64,000 bases of DNA, from contig WPIF01000008.1 of the NCBI GenBank assembly GCA_009773185.1, positions 77,597 to 141,596 on the forward strand, read 5' to 3'. The notes below the pieces were generated by a model. The model was not told the origin of the DNA and did no database searches. It saw nothing but the letters and a program-made list of their open reading frames with translations. The DNA is from Nitrospirota bacterium. Lineage in GTDB: Bacteria > Nitrospirota > Thermodesulfovibrionia > Thermodesulfovibrionales > UBA1546. Shown here one piece after another: positions 1-9,011 of this stretch; the first letter of the stretch is position 1; each line of letters starts with the position of its first letter. The position numbers and the translations under genes were made by a program.

Positions 1-1
1 T

Positions 2-1630
2 GATGCGAAAGGAAGACTTGTTGCAGTTACCGACTCAAACGGAAGGGTGATAACTTATCAATACGATTCAATGGGTAATAGGATTAGCATGACAACGTCT
101 GAAGGCAAGATTATCACATACAAATACGATGCAAGCAACAGGCTAATAGAAATAGCATCAGAAGGACAGATTTTTATATTTGCTTATGACACCCTTGGAA
201 GGCGAATAAAATTAATTAATCCCAACGGCACATACACGACCTACAGCTACGATAAAAACAGCATGCTGACAGAGCTTGTTCATAAAGATTCAAAAGGCTC
301 AATTATCAACTCATTCACATATACGCACGACAAGGTAGGAAATCGTCTGACTAAGACAGAACTTGATAAAAAAACAACTTATACTTACGACCCGTTGTAT
401 CGCTTGACGCAGGCTTTACCGACAAAACTACAAGGCAAAGATAAGACGCAGGAAAATAAGCAGGAGACATTTAGTTATGACCCTGTCGGAAACAGGCTTA
501 TCGGCCCGAGAGCAAATGATTATTATTCTTACAACCAAGGCAATCAGCTAACCAATGACAGAAAGAACCAGTATGAATACGATGCAAATGGAAACCTCGT
601 AAAGAAAACGACATCTGAGGGAATGACGGCCTATTTCTACGATTACGAGAATCGATTAATCAAGGTGGTCAAACAGGAAAACAATGAGACGGTCGTTGTA
701 TCGTTCAAATATGATCCATTCGGAAGGCGCATCGAAAAGAAAGTTGCAGGGGACGATGGAACAAAAACCTATAACTACGTTTATGATAACGAGGATATAA
801 TCCTTGAATACGAGACTAAGACAGACGGCAAAGTAGAAACAACTCGTTATACTCACGGATTGGGAATTGATGAGCCATTGGCAGTCGAACAAAAAGGCAA
901 TGTTTATTATTATCATGCTGACGGTCTCGGCAGTATTATTGCCCTCACTGATAAAAGGCAAAAAACGGTTCAGAGTTATACGTATGATTCGTTCGGAGTG
1001 ATGAAACAATCGGGCGATAAAGTAAAACAGCCTTACACATACACCGCACGAGAATGGGATGAAGAAATCAAGTTGTATTTCAATAGGGCAAGATATAGAG
1101 ACCCTTACACTGGAATTTTTACAACAAAAGACCCGATATTACATCCGGCGAATGGACCGCCAATTGGTGCTTGTAGAAAAAGTGATTCATCGCAGATGTT
1201 AGATGCTTCCCAAAGCCATCCCTATATTTACTCCAATAACAATCCCATCACTAAAAAAGATCCTCTTGGCCTATTTAGTATAGCTGGCGACTGTTGTGGA
1301 AAAGAAAATAAAATACGTCAAGAAGTACAATCATCTTGCAGTAGATTGAATACTATTGTTACAGATTTAAAGCTCAGAAATTGTATCTCGAAAAGTTGTA
1401 GTAGTGGAACAATACGATGCACAAATTGTGATAATCCAAGACTTCTTGGTTATAGTTACGGTAAAATTCTCTGGCTTTTCCCAAGACGAAGTTTTTATTT
1501 ATGTGTTGGCAATGTTAGGAATGCAAATTTCGGTGATATTGCTCTTCATGAGTGGTCTCATGGCTGTGGTTGGGAAGATGGAGAATTAGGAAAGGGGGTA
1601 CCAGGTGAAGCAGGTTATATATATAATTAA
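2..1630 (+). CDS. Rhs/YD-repeat polymorphic toxin, 5'-partial (runs off window start), with Cys-rich C-terminal HExxH domain
   Basis: Multiple YD repeats (YQYDSMGNR, YTYDPLYRL), Rhs core (YYYHADGLGS, YTAREWDEE, YFNRARY), PITKKDPLGL junction, then ~120 aa with HEWSH. The frame is open back to base 2. Confidence 0.93.
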   Translation, partial: DAKGRLVAVTDSNGRVITYQYDSMGNRISMTTSEGKIITYKYDASNRLIEIASEGQIFIFAYDTLGRRIKLINPNGTYTTYSYDKNSMLTELVHKDSKGSIINSFTYTHDKVGNRLTKTELDKKTTYTYDPLYRLTQALPTKLQGKDKTQENKQETFSYDPVGNRLIGPRANDYYSYNQGNQLTNDRKNQYEYDANGNLVKKTTSEGMTAYFYDYENRLIKVVKQENNETVVVSFKYDPFGRRIEKKVAGDDGTKTYNYVYDNEDIILEYETKTDGKVETTRYTHGLGIDEPLAVEQKGNVYYYHADGLGSIIALTDKRQKTVQSYTYDSFGVMKQSGDKVKQPYTYTAREWDEEIKLYFNRARYRDPYTGIFTTKDPILHPANGPPIGACRKSDSSQMLDASQSHPYIYSNNNPITKKDPLGLFSIAGDCCGKENKIRQEVQSSCSRLNTIVTDLKLRNCISKSCSSGTIRCTNCDNPRLLGYSYGKILWLFPRRSFYLCVGNVRNANFGDIALHEWSHGCGWEDGELGKGVPGEAGYIYN

Positions 1631-1634
1631 AACT

Positions 1635-2042
1635 ATGAGTATTATTTATTTACTTCTTTTAATAGGGTGCACGACACATATTGACTATTTGTATCAATTC
1701 CATATTGCTGGCACCGTCGTAGGTTTTAAAAATGAAACTCCTACTGAGAAGGTAGAGATACTTTTTGTAGATACAGGTTTTATCCCAGTTAAAGGAGATA
1801 AGAAAATAATACATAAAATTGGACTAAGCGGAGAAGATGGAAATTTTGATTTGACTTTCGATTATTGGTGGGGATATAAAAAAACATTCTATACCACAAA
1901 GCCTAAAGAGACGTTCGATCTGATATTTAAGAAGGAAGGTTTTGAGGAAAAAATTATTTCGTATGATTCAAAAGCACTGCCACAAAAAGATAATGTCATT
2001 CAGGTTGGCGTAGGCAAGATATATTTGGTGCCTAAAAAATAA
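1635..2042 (+). CDS. Putative lipoprotein, likely cognate Rhs immunity protein
   Basis: Directly follows the Rhs stop. Lipobox-like LLLLIGC, AT-rich. ATG 1635 preferred over GTG 1605. Confidence 0.6.
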   Translation: MSIIYLLLLIGCTTHIDYLYQFHIAGTVVGFKNETPTEKVEILFVDTGFIPVKGDKKIIHKIGLSGEDGNFDLTFDYWWGYKKTFYTTKPKETFDLIFKKEGFEEKIISYDSKALPQKDNVIQVGVGKIYLVPKK

Positions 2043-2062
2043 ATAAACCGAAAAGAGGACAG

Positions 2063-2804
2063 AACAAAAAAGGGGACAGGCTACTTTTAGGATAGGAATG
2101 GATAAAAAAAATGCCGAGAGTTGTTAGAGGATTAGCTGATAACTATGTGTATCACATTATCAACAGGGGAAATGGAAGGCAAGAGGTTTTCCATAAAGAA
2201 AAGGATTACGAGGCATTCATTGATATTATGAAAGAGGCAAAAGAAAGATACTCTGTAAAACTGTTTTCATACTGCTTAATGCCGAATCATTTTCATATGG
2301 TTGTAATGCCTGAGCGTGGAGATGAGTTAAGCAAATGTATGCAGTGGTTGATGACAAGCCATGTCAGACGATATCACAGGCACTATGGAAGCAGCGGCCA
2401 TATATGGCAGGGGAGATTTAAGAGTTTTATAGTACAAAAAGATTCACATCTGCTGATGGCCATGAGGTATGTTGAAGGCAATCCATTAAGAGCCGGATTG
2501 GTAAGCTCTGCTAAAGAATGGCCGTGGTCGTCGCATCGAGAAATGATTGGAGGAAAGAAAAACATTCTGGCAGGGGAAGTCCCGTTAGACTTACCTGAAA
2601 ACTGGGAAAGATACATAGATGAACCATTGACATATAAAGAGTTGGAAAGGGTCAGACAGAGTGTTGTCAGGCAATCGCCATATGGGAAGCCCGATTGGCA
2701 GACAAAGGTGTGCAAGGAGCTGGGTTTAGAGTCTACTTTGAATCCAAAAGGCAGACCAAAAAAGGAGAAAAAGGCATGAAAAGTAGCCTGTCCCCTTTTT
2801 TGTT
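2063..2804. mobile_element. RAYT element bounded by perfect 26-bp inverted repeats
   Basis: aacaaaaaaggggacaggctactttt (2063-2088) and its exact reverse complement (2779-2804) flank the transposase gene. Confidence 0.85.
2111..2779 (+). CDS. REP-associated tyrosine transposase (RAYT, Y1/HUH family)
   Basis: Motifs YHIINRG, LMPNHFH (HUH), WQGRF, YVEGNP (catalytic Tyr), WPWSS, and a C-terminal GRPKK. Confidence 0.92.
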   Translation: MPRVVRGLADNYVYHIINRGNGRQEVFHKEKDYEAFIDIMKEAKERYSVKLFSYCLMPNHFHMVVMPERGDELSKCMQWLMTSHVRRYHRHYGSSGHIWQGRFKSFIVQKDSHLLMAMRYVEGNPLRAGLVSSAKEWPWSSHREMIGGKKNILAGEVPLDLPENWERYIDEPLTYKELERVRQSVVRQSPYGKPDWQTKVCKELGLESTLNPKGRPKKEKKA

Positions 2805-2812
2805 GTCCTTTT

Positions 2813-3940
2813 TTGTTCTCTATTGGCACCAGTAGGGATATAAAATTGATTTCTATATCTTATACTATTAAGAACATTGTTCTTTTCCCGATTCGGCTGG
2901 CTTCAGCGTTGCTGTGGTTTTTGTGGTCCATGTTTTTTGATTTTGCTGCACTTTATCCTGGTTGTGCGCCAATTTTCTGGGACAATGATCGCTATGTGTT
3001 CTATTTGAGGAGAAAAGGATTTTTCACATATTGTGTCGTTATGTATGAGTTGCGGTCTCAAGATTATGAAATTGTTTATCAGAGTAAATTTCCTATACAA
3101 AAGTTTCGTTTAAATAATAACGAACTACTATGCGGCTATTATATAAAAGGTGAGATTCGCTATATAATAATCAACGTAAAAGACCGAACAAGCCGGTCTG
3201 TATCAAGTTTTGCAACCGTTGTCCGCAATTGTTATGCACTTTTACCGACAAGTATCGGTGTTATTTCATACCACAAACTTTGTGCTAACGCGGTGTGCCA
3301 TCGACAAATTATCATGACTACCAATTCCGGCCAGGAAGTATTAGAAAACTATATTGAGGATGAGATGCTTCGTTCACCTTCTTTCTCTAATGACGAACGT
3401 TTCTTTTCTTATTCGACAGTAAAGGGTATTTATATCGGTATTGTGTCAACTAAAAAACAACTGTTCTTTCCAGAGGGGGAGTCCTTTGTTTATAACTGGG
3501 ATAACAATGGGAACATGCTGGCTTACAGTATAAAAAATGGTAATTTTTTAGTGCTAAATCCATCGGATTCTCAACGAAAGGAAATTAAACTGCCGAATGA
3601 ATTTGCAAATCAGCGGGTTTTTGTTGCTGCAATATCACCGAAGGGCAATCTTATTGCTTATAGCATGGAGAAGAATATTCGGGGTAGTGCAAAAGATATT
3701 TTTCTAGTGTTGCAATCAGCCTCCTCAAATCATTATAAAGTGCTTGCAAAAAAAGCCCGTATTTTCGACATTAAATGGTCAGAGAATGAAAAATACCTAT
3801 CTATTGCAGGCGTGGATAAACGTGATCTATTTGATATCAGCTATGGATACAAGATGAGAAATGCCACAAATCATGATAAAGAGATTATTGACATTGACGG
3901 AAACATAATTATGCAATCATCTAAGGTTAGACTATCGTGA
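2813..3940 (+). CDS. Hypothetical beta-propeller-like (TolB/WD40-like) protein; start uncertain
   Basis: Repeated SPSFSNDERF, WDNNGNMLAY, ISPKGNLIAY and WSENEKYLSI blades. The TTG start abuts the RAYT inverted repeat, so it may be 5'-truncated. Confidence 0.55.
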   Translation: MFSIGTSRDIKLISISYTIKNIVLFPIRLASALLWFLWSMFFDFAALYPGCAPIFWDNDRYVFYLRRKGFFTYCVVMYELRSQDYEIVYQSKFPIQKFRLNNNELLCGYYIKGEIRYIIINVKDRTSRSVSSFATVVRNCYALLPTSIGVISYHKLCANAVCHRQIIMTTNSGQEVLENYIEDEMLRSPSFSNDERFFSYSTVKGIYIGIVSTKKQLFFPEGESFVYNWDNNGNMLAYSIKNGNFLVLNPSDSQRKEIKLPNEFANQRVFVAAISPKGNLIAYSMEKNIRGSAKDIFLVLQSASSNHYKVLAKKARIFDIKWSENEKYLSIAGVDKRDLFDISYGYKMRNATNHDKEIIDIDGNIIMQSSKVRLS

Positions 3941-3979
3941 AGTCATTTTATACAGGTAAAAAAGAGCAGACTGATTTAT

Positions 3980-4738
3980 ATGTTGTCCACAATGATTACA
4001 AATAAATTGCTTAAAATAGGATTTTTAACGCCTTTACTAGTTATTGTTATCAATACAGTAGCTTTTTGTAATGGCGATCAACAGGATAAATTGTGGTATA
4101 AGCATGCAGCAGAATATATTAAAGCTGATGAAATAATGATTCAAAATGCAATTGAAAAAAAAGAAACTTTTCTTGAAGATTATGACTTGAGAGATGTGGC
4201 AACGTTAAAGCTAATTAACGCGCCTTCACCAACAATATCTGTATTGGAAAAACTATTGAAATCTAAGAATGCTCAGGATAGAAAGGTTGCACTTGTTAAT
4301 ATAATGGTAAGGAATATTTATTCTGAGAATTTATTCAAAACAATTTTAGGGGGATACGATACTAATGATGATTTCTTCATCAGGTTCTATAGATATAGAT
4401 GTTTTAAGTTTTTGGGCAAAGATAAGATCAGGCACTTCGAAGATAAGTTTCTTATTCTTTTGTCTTTAGAAAATAATGGTTCAATTATAATAAGCGCAAT
4501 GCCGACTTTAATAGAGATAGAGCCTTCAAAAGTAATTCCCTTTTTTGTTCAATATTTTAAAAGTAGCGATAGGGGACTCAGGTTAGCATCGTATGTTTAT
4601 TTAAAGAGAATGGGAGAAGGATATTTAAATGACGTCAAGAGCATTTTGGAAAAAGAAAATGCAGTTGAAGCACTAAATTTTATTAAAGAAGCAGAATCAG
4701 GGAAGAAACCAAGCCAGAGGAATGAAAAAGAAAAGTAA
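3980..4738 (+). CDS. Hypothetical exported HEAT-repeat-like protein
   Basis: N-terminal hydrophobic signal, helical repeats (LEKLLKSKNAQDRKVAL, FKSSDRGLRLAS), low GC. Confidence 0.55.
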   Translation: MLSTMITNKLLKIGFLTPLLVIVINTVAFCNGDQQDKLWYKHAAEYIKADEIMIQNAIEKKETFLEDYDLRDVATLKLINAPSPTISVLEKLLKSKNAQDRKVALVNIMVRNIYSENLFKTILGGYDTNDDFFIRFYRYRCFKFLGKDKIRHFEDKFLILLSLENNGSIIISAMPTLIEIEPSKVIPFFVQYFKSSDRGLRLASYVYLKRMGEGYLNDVKSILEKENAVEALNFIKEAESGKKPSQRNEKEK

Positions 4739-4766
4739 AAAAGGACAGCTTGATCAACTGAGGGAA

Positions 4767-5000
4767 ATGGCAGATACAATGCAACAAGCAATATTTTTTA
4801 GCGTAGTTATTATTCTTGGCAGTGGAGGGGCTCTTTTCCTATCGATCCCAGAAAAAGTTAGAAATAGACTCTCAAATTCAAAGAGTATTCATATCAGATT
4901 AATTGGCGTCTTAATGATCATGATTGCTATTGCAATAGTTATTCAACAGATGACGATAAGCTCATTAATTCACATAATTAGTGGTCTAAAAAATAAATGA
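4767..5000 (+). CDS. Small two-helix membrane protein (hypothetical)
   Basis: Two hydrophobic segments. ATG 4767 follows gaggg. Confidence 0.4.
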   Translation: MADTMQQAIFFSVVIILGSGGALFLSIPEKVRNRLSNSKSIHIRLIGVLMIMIAIAIVIQQMTISSLIHIISGLKNK

Positions 5001-5083
5001 TGCGGAATAGAAAGATGAAACAATTACAGAGAATCTTACTAATGCGGAGGCTATGTGCCTATCTGCTGGTTTTGAAATATATT

Positions 5084-5146
5084 CAATTAACCTCAGACAG
5101 AAGGCATCAATACGAATATGACAATAACGGCAATTTGGTAAAAAAA
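5084..5146 (+). pseudogene. Rhs core remnant
   Basis: Translates QLTSDRRHQYEYDNNGNLVKK, matching QLTNDRKNQYEYDANGNLVKK in the Rhs at ~545-607. It ends at a third copy of the RAYT repeat end (5148-5167). Confidence 0.8.
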
Positions 5147-5302
5147 GAACAAAAAAGGGGACAGGCTGATTAAATGAGTAGAAAGAATAGGGACAGCGAT
5201 TGTTAAAAAATAATTTGATGAGATGAACGAGATGATATATAATACAAAAGGCAAAATTATGGAATTTATTGTGAATAGTTAATTTAAACTTAGAGGAGCG
5301 AT

Positions 5303-5791
5303 ATGAGACATACAATCTCTGTTTTGGTTGAGAACAAATTCGGAGTGCTTTCGAGGATATCAGGACTCTTCAGCGGAAGAGGGTATAACATTGAGAGCCT
5401 CTCTGTAGGGGAAACCATTGACCCGCAGATATCCATTATGACGATAGTGACAACCGGAGATGACTGGGTCATAGAGCAGATTACGAAACAGCTTAATAAG
5501 CTTATTGACGTCATAAAAGTCACTGACATGACAGAGCTTGACCATGTTGAGCGCGAGATGGTTTTATTGAAGGTTTCGCCAAAGCAGGAGAATAAGGCAG
5601 AGGTGCTTAATCTTACAGAGATATTCAGGGGCAGGATAGTTGATTCAAGCCAGAAGACATACACCATTGAAATTACTGGCAATGAAAAGAAAATAGAGGC
5701 CTTTGTTGAGCTTATGAGGCCTATGGGCATAAAAGAGTTTGTAAGAACCGGAAAAGTTGCCATCACGAGAGAGGGTGTAAAAAAGAAATAA
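5303..5791 (+). CDS. ilvN: Acetolactate synthase small (regulatory) subunit
   Basis: [39 protein letters not shown] domain; C-terminal EFVRTG. Confidence 0.96.
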   Translation: MRHTISVLVENKFGVLSRISGLFSGRGYNIESLSVGETIDPQISIMTIVTTGDDWVIEQITKQLNKLIDVIKVTDMTELDHVEREMVLLKVSPKQENKAEVLNLTEIFRGRIVDSSQKTYTIEITGNEKKIEAFVELMRPMGIKEFVRTGKVAITREGVKKK

Positions 5792-5793
5792 AA

Positions 5794-6750
5794 GTGAAAT
5801 CCTTTTTCAGTATTGCCCCGCACAACTCCGGCATTGCCTTGCTGATGACCTTGTGGGTTCTTGTTATGTTGAGCGTTATAGCAATGAGTTTTTCGTTTTC
5901 AACCAGATGGGGCAATGCAAGCACGAGAAATTTCAAGGAAGAAACAAAGGCATATTATCTTGCCATGTCAGGGTATCAGGAGGCGGTGGGCTATCTGTTG
6001 TCGGACAAGGATAACATGGTTGACTATATTGATGCCGACGGCAACCTGTATATTGATAAGGATACAAAGCCTGTAACCGGCAAGCGGGCAACAGATGAGG
6101 CAGAGCTTGAAATAAAGATAACGGATGAGGGCTCGAAAGTAAATATAAATTTTGCCGACGGGCCGAGGCTTAAAAAGGTCCTTGACTATGCCGGGATGCC
6201 GCCTGATTCACAGCAGGAAATCGTAGATTGTATAATGGATTGGAGAGATGCTGATAAGGACCATCATCTTTCAGGGGCAGAGGATGATTATTATGAATCC
6301 CTTGACCCTCCGTATAAGGCTAAAAACCGCAACCTTGACAGCGTAGAGGAACTTTTGCTTGTGAAAGGATTCAAGCCGGAGTATCTTTACGGGTCTAAAG
6401 ATATCAGGCCGATGTATGACCTGATTACAACCTCAGGAGATGGCAGCATTAATATAAATACTGTTTCCAGAGACGTTCTGGAGATGATGGGTACAGGCAG
6501 TGATGTAATTGACGCGATATTTAAGCAGAGGACAAGAGAGATTGGAGGCGCCAGACAGATACCTGTAAACCTTGCCCCGGGCCTTTACCGGACCGTATCC
6601 TATGACTTCAGGATAGAGATAACAGCAGCCATGAAGGGAAACAGGCAGGCAGTTAAAATAACGTCCATAGTGAGAAGGGTCCCTGCGCTTAAGGGATTCG
6701 ACATGCAGACTGTTTACTGGAGGGAGAAGATTGAGAATCGCAGGGGTTAA
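5794..6750 (+). CDS. gspK: Type II secretion minor pseudopilin GspK
   Basis: G|IALLMTLWVL prepilin-like N-terminus, ITDEGSKVNIN, DCIMDWRDAD, GAEDDYY, EELLLVKG. Confidence 0.9.
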   Translation: MKSFFSIAPHNSGIALLMTLWVLVMLSVIAMSFSFSTRWGNASTRNFKEETKAYYLAMSGYQEAVGYLLSDKDNMVDYIDADGNLYIDKDTKPVTGKRATDEAELEIKITDEGSKVNINFADGPRLKKVLDYAGMPPDSQQEIVDCIMDWRDADKDHHLSGAEDDYYESLDPPYKAKNRNLDSVEELLLVKGFKPEYLYGSKDIRPMYDLITTSGDGSININTVSRDVLEMMGTGSDVIDAIFKQRTREIGGARQIPVNLAPGLYRTVSYDFRIEITAAMKGNRQAVKITSIVRRVPALKGFDMQTVYWREKIENRRG

Positions 6751-7990
6751 TTTAGAAGATTCTTTTTTAAGCGTCTCTATTGTTGACAAAAAAATAGGAA
6801 TCATAAAACCTCTTAAATCAGAGGATATAAAGCTGCCCCTGCCAGGGCAGGAGAGGACATCAGCCTTTAAAGAGGCCTTCCGCAGATTAAAGGAAGACTA
6901 TAAGGCTGACAGCCTGGTTATTGGATTAAATTTCAGCAGTTTTTCCCATAATTTTATTGATATGCCTTCCTTGTCAAAGGCTGACATGAAAAATGCCATC
7001 CTGTATGAATTGGAAAAATACCTGCCGCTGCCGCCTGAGGAGTATATCTATGATTTCGCGGTTATCTCAAAAATACAAAACAGGATGCGAACGCTTGTCC
7101 TGTCAATACGAAAGGACAAGCTTAACGGATTATTTGACGCTGCCAGGGATTCCGGATTAGAGCTTGCGGGCGTAAGGTGTTCCTTCATGGAGGGCCTGAA
7201 TGAATTTATTGCATCAGGCAAAGGCAAAGATGCAGTTTTTATATATACAGCTGAGGATGCATATTGCCTTGCAGCGCTGAAGGAGCAGATGCCTGTTCTG
7301 TTTAAGGCTGTCCCGAAGGGAAAGGACGCCGCGTCTGAACTTGAAAGCCTTGCCGCATCTATTGGCGGGGACATATATATTTCCGGACATCCGGCTACTG
7401 ATGTGTTAAATAAGCTGAATGCAAAGACCTTTGCCCTGTCTCCGGCAAATGCAATTGCCCTCTCTGCCCTGAAAAAGTCAAAGGTTGAAATGAATTTTAT
7501 GCCGGCAGGTCTTCTGTCTGTAAAGAAAGACTATTATCCTTATGCAATAGGCGCAATGACAGCGTTGGCAGTTGCGATATTCTTTTTCACTGAAATATAT
7601 TCTTATTACAAGGATTATTCCGCATTGAGCAATACCGAAAAGAAAATAGAACAGATTAAAAACAGGGCGTCAGGCCCGCTTGAGACAAGGAAAAAGATGG
7701 AAACCATTTATGAAAAGCGAAGGTTGCTGCATGAATTCCAGGGGAAAAGAAATCTTAATATAAGAGTGCTGACTGAATTGAGCAGGGTCTTGCCGAAAGA
7801 TGTGTGGCTCACCGGCATGTCTGTTGATGAAAAGGGCAAGGTAGATATGGAAGGGTTTGCAAAAAGAGCTGCAGGCATTATAGAGCCTCTCAGCAAATCG
7901 AAACTTTTCAGAAAAGTTGAGTTTGTATCGCCGATCCTGCCACAGGACGGCCAGGAAAAGTTTTCGATAAGGCTGGAGATTGCAGGGTGA
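6731..7990 (+). CDS. T2SS GspL-like / PilM-PilN-type assembly protein
   Basis: Actin-like N-terminal part (ELEKYLPLPPEEYIYDF), one TM helix, PilN-like C-terminus (LPKDVWLT...EGFA). Position fits the operon. Confidence 0.75.
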   Translation: MRIAGVNLEDSFLSVSIVDKKIGIIKPLKSEDIKLPLPGQERTSAFKEAFRRLKEDYKADSLVIGLNFSSFSHNFIDMPSLSKADMKNAILYELEKYLPLPPEEYIYDFAVISKIQNRMRTLVLSIRKDKLNGLFDAARDSGLELAGVRCSFMEGLNEFIASGKGKDAVFIYTAEDAYCLAALKEQMPVLFKAVPKGKDAASELESLAASIGGDIYISGHPATDVLNKLNAKTFALSPANAIALSALKKSKVEMNFMPAGLLSVKKDYYPYAIGAMTALAVAIFFFTEIYSYYKDYSALSNTEKKIEQIKNRASGPLETRKKMETIYEKRRLLHEFQGKRNLNIRVLTELSRVLPKDVWLTGMSVDEKGKVDMEGFAKRAAGIIEPLSKSKLFRKVEFVSPILPQDGQEKFSIRLEIAG

Positions 7991-8517
7991 AAAAATCAGT
8001 TATTGTATCGGCTATTATAATGGCAATAATTGCCGTGCATGTTTTTTTTGTAATGCCGCTTGCAGGAAAAAGAGCTGAAATGAAAGAGTTGCTCCAGGTA
8101 AAATACGCTTCGCTCCGGAAATACGAGACATTTCTTAAAAGTACAGGGAACGCAGAAACTGAGCTTGATGCTGCAGTAAAGGAAGTCGAGGCCCTGGAGG
8201 CAAATGCTTTTCAGGATAAAAACGAGTCCCTTGCCTTTGCAAAAATGCAGGGCTATGTGCAGGACATGGCTGAAAAATCAGGGATTAAAATACTCTCAAT
8301 TAAGCCTTTGTCTGTGGTAAAGTATAAACACTATGCTGACCTCCCGATTCAGCTCGAAGCCAGCGGAGGAATAATCCAGCTTGGTGAGTTTTTGAAGCAG
8401 ACAGACGCAAGCAAGCAGCTTATCAGGATAGACAGGTTAAGCATAGGCGTGATGAATATACAGACGCCCGGAGAATTGAAAATAAGGATTCAGGTTTCAG
8501 GGCTGATGAAGGTATGA
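7987..8517 (+). CDS. T2SS GspM / PilO-like protein
   Basis: N-terminal TM, coiled coil, ferredoxin-like C-terminus (LGEFLKQ...LIRIDRL). Operon position. Confidence 0.7.
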   Translation: MKKSVIVSAIIMAIIAVHVFFVMPLAGKRAEMKELLQVKYASLRKYETFLKSTGNAETELDAAVKEVEALEANAFQDKNESLAFAKMQGYVQDMAEKSGIKILSIKPLSVVKYKHYADLPIQLEASGGIIQLGEFLKQTDASKQLIRIDRLSIGVMNIQTPGELKIRIQVSGLMKV

Positions 8518-9008
8518 TAATACGGTGGGTTATAATAGTATTTTTGTGTCTTGCTGTTTTAGTTTTATCTGTTGATATGTATAAAGAGGCAATAATATAC
8601 AATCCCCTGGAGAGTGTTGAGATTAGCGGCAGGGAGGCTGCAAATAACGGCAAAAAAGCATTGCAGGTTTTTGAGGCGGCATGGGGCAGGGAAATAGTGG
8701 ATAACAATTTATTCAGTTCCACCAGAAGCCCTGTACAGCCGAAACCCCAGCAGCCCCAGGGCAAGGCTGCAGAACCGCCCAAAAGGCCGGATATGAATCT
8801 TAAGGGGATTATCCTGGACCAGTTCGGAGAATATGTTGCCTATATAGAGAAAGACAAGGCCAAGGCTGTTGCTGCAAGAAAAGGCGACAGGCTCGATGAT
8901 GTGGATGTCCTGGATGTTCAGCAGAAGAGTGTCGAGTTGAGATGGAATGAAGAAAATATATTATTGAGCCTTGAGAGAATAAAGACTATAAAAAACCGAG
9001 GTAAATAG
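8514..9008 (+). CDS. T2SS GspC/PilP-like protein
   Basis: TM, NLFSSTR, Pro-rich linker, LKGII...AYIE...GD HR domain. Immediately upstream of the secretin. Confidence 0.65.
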   Translation: MIIRWVIIVFLCLAVLVLSVDMYKEAIIYNPLESVEISGREAANNGKKALQVFEAAWGREIVDNNLFSSTRSPVQPKPQQPQGKAAEPPKRPDMNLKGIILDQFGEYVAYIEKDKAKAVAARKGDRLDDVDVLDVQQKSVELRWNEENILLSLERIKTIKNRGK

Positions 9009-9011
9009 ACG

